Of a stretch of DNA of 64,000 nt, positions 57,966 through 64,000 are shown piece after piece. This stretch comes from Chrysomallon squamiferum (lineage: Eukaryota > Animalia > Mollusca), in contig CM022673.1 of assembly GCA_012295275.1 (NCBI GenBank), forward strand, positions 15,314,001 to 15,378,000, written 5' to 3'. The notes beneath the pieces were generated by a model. The model was not told the origin of the DNA. It did not search any database and saw nothing but the letters and a program-made list of their open reading frames with translations. The position numbers and the translations under genes were made by a program. Numbering within the stretch: the first letter of the stretch is position 1; every line of letters starts with the position of its first letter.

Positions 57966-60900
57966 TAATATTTAGATTATATAATCATTGTTTCTTCACT
58001 CTTTCTTCATATTACATACATATATATATATATATATAATATTTTCAGACTGTTTCATTATTGAAGACCATCACCCTCGTATTTTGGATATAAAGTGTAT
58101 TCTCACAGGGAACTTAATGTGCTTAATTAATGTCATGCAAGCATCAAATGATATTAATATCGCAAACTTAAAGTTTTATTTAATGCGATCTTATTCATAA
58201 TCAACGTTTCTTTTTGTTTACTTTTATTTTTAAATCATCGTTTCAGTTTAGTATATTGCAAAAAATCATTTGAGAACATAATGAAGTCTACCTCATTCAT
58301 TTAAAATAGTAAATAAGAAATACTTATTTTTCAGAAGCAGACTGTTATACAAAGTTGAATAATGCGATTTTGTACCAAGGTTTTACGTCTAGTACTCTTG
58401 GGGTGTCAGCGTCAACAATGGGACTGGGATATTTAGAATACAGGGAGGTACTTTCCTGAACGTTTTGAATCTGAAACAGGCAACTACTGCCGTGATCCAT
58501 CTCATCTAAGGAAGATTCGCTCTGATGTTGTATCTCTGATTAAAGAAAAAGGATTGGACTTTTTTTTGACAAATTAGACAGTTGTATGAAAGAGATTCTT
58601 ACATTTTAGTTGATAGTCCACGGCCAATAAGACGTTACCTGTCCATACTGATTATTCTTTCTTCAACTGATTCTGAACTTCAAATTATAACATTAGGCGT
58701 ATTTCATAAACAGAAATTACTGAAACATTATCTCATATTAAGACATGAGCACTAAGACGTGATGCAGTATATTTATAATTATATAATAATATGTACACTC
58801 AGAAATAAAAGATTACAAAGAAAAAAATATCTTTGGCCAAAAATAACGTTATGCAACAGGATTTAACGTAACGAAAATGTTTACCGAAAGAAAATTAAAT
58901 GAATCGGTACTATATTGGTGGAACAGCAATGGTAACTACTTTGACAATGCCAGAAAATTATGGAATTCAGAACATCGCGTTTAGAAATACTCTTTGAAAA
59001 AGAATAAACAAATTTCTCAGACATAAGTGAAGTGATGTATTAACTGAAATCGTTGTCACTGAACGGATATCAAGGTCACCACTCTGTCAGATAACAAACA
59101 AGCAGCTGATCAAAATAAATACATTTTGATTTCGTCCTATGTGATTTTATCAGTTCTGAATTGATTGGTTTTCATTTGATAAAGTATATAACACTGGTGA
59201 TTTCAACAGTTGAACAGGCGGTTGTATTAATCCTGAAGAAGAGGAATATAGTGATTTTTTTCGCTGATTATGTGTTTGAACTTGAGATGTTATATATATT
59301 AAAACAACGAGTATCAAAGGATAAAAAGAAAGAAATATTTTCTGTAGAAATAATAACATGTTTATTGTGAATGAGAAAGTAGGTGAAGATAGATATTTGT
59401 AAAAATGCAAGTGTCGTTGATTACTGTATTGCAGAACATCTACTAAACATAAAATGAAAATGCTTAAAACTTCAAATACAAAAGAGTACTGGTCAATCCT
59501 GAACAGCAATAAGCAGGGATGGTCAAAATTAGATTGGTCATTTGATTCTTTATTGCATTTTTCAAAACTCCCATTAGCAATGTTGATCAAACTGTAACCG
59601 ATCACGTGACACCAACATAAAAATTACACACTAAAAGCAAAGAAACCACTAATAATATTTTGACCAGACTCCAATATTACTGTTGACACAGCAATTACAG
59701 AAGTTAAAACTGTATATAAAAATAAAGCTGCTCGAAATGACCCTGGAAACTATAGGTCTATTACATTATTAAGCTGTTTAGGTAAATTATTTACAACTTA
59801 GTTTAATTCTAGATTAAATAAGTATGCATATGAAACAAACATGATTTTTGAAAATCAAGGTGGATTTCGTAAAAATATTCCACGAGAGTGCACATACATT
59901 CTTTATACTCTTTATTTATTTTAATTAACTAATGTAGGACATTTAAAAACAACTGTAATAAAAACAAACATTTATTCTGATTTTATAGATTTCGAGAAAG
60001 CTTTTAAGACTCTGGAGAACTGTATTATCGAATAAGTTAATTAGGTCTGGTATCAATGGAAATATTTTAATGTCTTTGTAAATATATAAAAATGAAACTA
60101 AAGTAAAAATTACAGAGAACGGTTTATTATCTGACAATTTTAATTGTGAAATTGGTGTCTGGCAAGACGAAAATTCTCGACATTTTCTATTTTTCTAAAT
60201 GACTTAGAGGAGTTTCTTATAGCTAATTAGGCAAATGGACTAGAATCAATTACAACAATGTTTGTAATTGAAGATATGGTTTTGAATCTTAGCATTGGGT
60301 GCAGCACGGATATTTATAATACGTAAAACAAAAATCATAAATAAAATTTTACAATGAAAACTTGTGGCAATTCGAAGACCTCCGTGAAAGATGTATATCT
60401 AATACATCAATATACTCGAACATATTCAGAAATAAAATGTTATAAGATTAATGATAATAATGAAATTTTGTAAATGTTAATAAACATACCCGTGGTTTTA
60501 TAATCTGTGGCGAACTAGGACGCGATCTGCATTGTATTTCTATAAAAGTAAGCGTAACAACATTTTGGGGAACCCAGTCTGCAGAAGCCAAAACAGGGTT
60601 TCCTCACATATTAGTTCATGTATTTTATCGATTCTCCTTGAAAAACAATTAGTCAAAAATATTTTAGATGATTTTGTTTAACATATATATGAACATATCG
60701 GAAGTTTGATAACGTTAATTGGTTACCTGAAACGGTATCCAAAATATTACATGATCAGTATCAGCAACTCAGTATGAAAAATGAAATTGAAACGTCTCCA
60801 AAGGGTATTAATTCGACTTTAAAAAAAAAAAAAAAATGAATTGAAATTAAAAAATTATCTTACTGAGCTCTCTCAAAAGGATGCTAATATTTTGTTTAAA

Positions 60901-62275
60901 TCAAGAATCTCTGGTGTGACACTTCCCATTGAAACTGGACGATGGTTTAATATTCTAAGAGTAAACAGAAAATGTCATATTTGTAATCTTATATATTTGA
61001 ATGTAATGATCCTATACATAGTACACGAGATATCCAAACATATTTTCATGTAATAATTTGTGTAACAGAAAACAATGTGTATTTAAAAAGTTATGTTTGT
61101 TAATAAGAACTACATGTGAGAGAGTATATGCTCGAAGTTAAACTTCCCAGCATGAGCATTATAATTTTGTTATATATATCTGTTATACATTTTTCTTTCT
61201 AATGTAATCCTACAGTTTATAAGAATAAAGTCATTTCATTGCCACTGTCATTGTCATTCAAGGTTCATGACATTCTTGAATAATGTTCTAATTACCGAAT
61301 CACCTCCTTCTAGAGACAAAAGTCAGCAACGTGGTTAATTATACGTTGATAGTAATAATCGTACAATTCATATTTTTAATACATCGTCGTTTCTTTATCT
61401 TTTCTTTCATTTTTTCCCTTTTTTCTTCCTATGACACAGGTATTAACATCGACACATTGAATTATTTTTGAAAACAAATCTAACAAACAAACAAATAAAC
61501 AAACAAATAAATAAATAAAATAAAATAAAATGAAATAAAATAAAATAAAATAAAATAAAATAAAATAAATAAAATAAAAAAAATAAAATAAAATAAAATT
61601 AAATTAAATTAATAAAATTAAAATGCACTTCAAAATATAAGACACATCCACTGAACAAGAACAAAAAAGCAACAAATGAACATTACCATTAAGTGTACAT
61701 TTGTGTCGAAACAGGTCAGAGGTATTCACACAAACGAAACACCGATTCAAGCAAATTCGTGGAACGTTTCTAGAATGAATATACTAGTGTCGAAAGTAAT
61801 GATCAAATGATTAATTTAGCTTTGATTTCCAAATCAAATTTATAGTATATCATTTTATTTCAAAGTATATTTCGATACATCGACGAAAGCTGGGATTCAG
61901 TGTGCTTTTAATTTTGTCCTTTTTACATTTCATCTTAACGAATAGCGATATTAACAATATTTATGATATAAATAAATAAATATATATAAAAGATGAGGAT
62001 TCCATATGCAAAATGCTTTGGTCAGAAGTGTTTCTGATTTTGGAATATAGGAATCTAACCAGAGAACGGAATTTATATCTAATGACGAATACCATTTACA
62101 TTTATTATACAGTTTATACAGATCTTTTTGTATAAAACTTTTAATAACCTCGTTCATGGAAATTAATAAAGTATATGTTTGCTAAGAATTCCGAAAACTG
62201 TCAAATATCACTACTTCGCCTGCTAGCAAAAAAACCACTTAGTATTTGGGAATTTCGGATAAGGTATTCCTAACC

Positions 62276-62317
<42 letters not shown>

Positions 62318-62330
62318 CTTAAGCTTTAAC
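57225..62330 (+). pseudogene. P4: decayed gene-B-type paralog interrupted by a LINE
   Basis: Signal-exon remnant ending ACCGGTGAGAAACTTCA as in B. K3 5' remnant 58049-~58115 and K4 remnant 58335-~58560. Intron segments match the reverse complement of B introns. K1, K2 and K5 are deleted. Confidence 0.75.
59161..61258 (+). mobile_element. Degenerate non-LTR retrotransposon (CR1/L2-like) ORF2 fragment
   Basis: LKTSNTKEYWSILN; DPGNYRSITLLSCLGKLFT..RL...ENQGGFRK; FIDFEKAF; IGVWQDEN; FLNDLEE; LPIETGRW...RKCHIC. AATAAA at 61224 is followed by a (GTCATT)-like tail. Many stops; YADD motif not seen. Confidence 0.85.
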
Positions 62331-64000
62331 CATCGTTTCATTTTTTATTTTTTTTTTTTTTTTTTTTTTGATACATTTTTATGAATTTGAATCGATACAC
62401 ATTTCAGAAAAAGAACTGATAATTAGTCAACTATTTTTGTACTATGTAGAGTAATGCAATATCTGTCTATCAGTATATCTTTCCCTCTCTGTCTGTCATT
62501 TCATCTGTCTGTCTATCCAGATATACCTGTTAGTATTTGTTTTCTGTAATAATGTTTATTTATTATGTTTTGATTATTTATTATTTTTAAATAATTATCG
62601 TTAAAGAAGAGGAAAACTAGAAATTATACTGGAAGTGATGGAAAGCATTAAAGAATGCATTTTAGTATATTAATTTTTGTCAAATTTACTTTAAAAATAA
62701 ATGTGAAATACTATCGAATAAATAATATTTGCACTTAAATATCCAACAGAAAATATGTCATTTAATAAAAAATAAAAAAAACATATGGACCATTTAGAAC
62801 ACTTGTATTGTTGTCATTCACATTTTCTCCAAGACATATACAACAGATGTCTGTTTTTTAGTCACGGCTACCAGGGAATCAAGATGAGAATATAAAGTTA
62901 TTTTTTTAAAGTTTCGTAATATTTTCCTACTGTCGTTACACATTCAGTGAATTAGAATTTGGCAGTGGAATGCTGATTGTAGATAACATCGGCTGATGGC
63001 GGTTTATCAGATAGTTATTAGATATATTTGTATGAATTTAAATACAGGCTGAACTCTTTATAAACAAAAAAAAATAATACAAACAAACAATAAAAAAAAA
63101 AGTAAAAAAAAAAATAAAAATAAAAAAAATAAATAAATAAATAAAAAATAACAAAAAAGTAAAATCAAGTAAAATAAATGACTGAATAAAAATAATAAAT
63201 TAAAATAAAATAAAACATAATAAATAAGTAAATAAATATATATCTATATAATAATTCTCTTTCGTTGCTCAGGTATAATTTAATCCGGATTTGAGTAGTG
63301 AGTAAAATTAAAATAACGATTAAAAAAAACGAAGAGAAGGATAATAGCCTCATTTCAAAATAATTATTAACAGATGCCTGGAAATATATAAAATTAAAAG
63401 TGTTAAATTAGTTTTGATATGTTTTCTTTCATTTCTTTCCTTAATAAATAAGTTTGTTCTTTCCCGCTTAATTTACCTATGCTAACGTTCGATGTATCTA
63501 ATATAATCTGTTTGACTCCATACTCTTCTGACAAAAAAAGAGGAAACAATAATAACAACAACAACAACAACAACAATAACATCAACAATAATAATAAGAA
63601 TAATAATACAAATAAAATGTTTTTTTATTTTTTTAAATTAAAAATTAAAAAAAAAAAAAATTAAACAAAGTCATTTTAGGAAAAGGAATCGATATTTTTG
63701 ACACACCCAAATACAAAAATACGTAATCGGTAATAAATAAAATAATAATACAAAAAAACAATGAAATAAAAAACCAAACATGAGGATATAAAAATAAACA
63801 TGAACATAAAAATCCAGCCACATTGTATGAATAATATTTATTTTGTCCTGTTAACAATTAGTAAGTGTTAAAATAAAGATTAAAATACAATAATAGAAAT
63901 AATGATTCAGTTAAATAAATAAAGTACAATTTTAGGAAATGCAGGTTTCCAATGTATAGTATCTATCAAAAGAAAATAAGAGACACACACACACACACAC

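Overview
AT-rich, microsatellite-laden eukaryotic genomic DNA, probably from an invertebrate (possibly a mollusc). Most ORFs in the supplied track are microsatellite artefacts. The main content is a tandem cluster of intron-containing genes for secreted proteins made only of a signal peptide and five kringle domains, with one phase-1 exon per kringle and no PAN or protease domain in the window. Three copies look intact: B (minus strand, 11438-18253, ~447 aa), C (32309-38230, 457 aa) and D (44470-49347, ~477 aa). Four copies are decayed (P1 ~22.8-25.9 kb, P2 ~28.5-29.8 kb, P3 ~53.6-54.2 kb, P4 ~57.2-62.3 kb). There are also two orphan kringle exons at 8.3-9.2 kb and antisense kringle remnants in four spacers. 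The array shows a probable gene-conversion tract in kringle 2, hypervariable loops in kringles 4 and 5, and different C-termini between copies, and it probably continues past the right edge. Transposon relics are present: Tigger/pogo, a MITE, MULE, a THAP fragment, a LINE RT and a SINE. Gene models were built by eye from GT-AG sites and paralog comparison, without transcript evidence.
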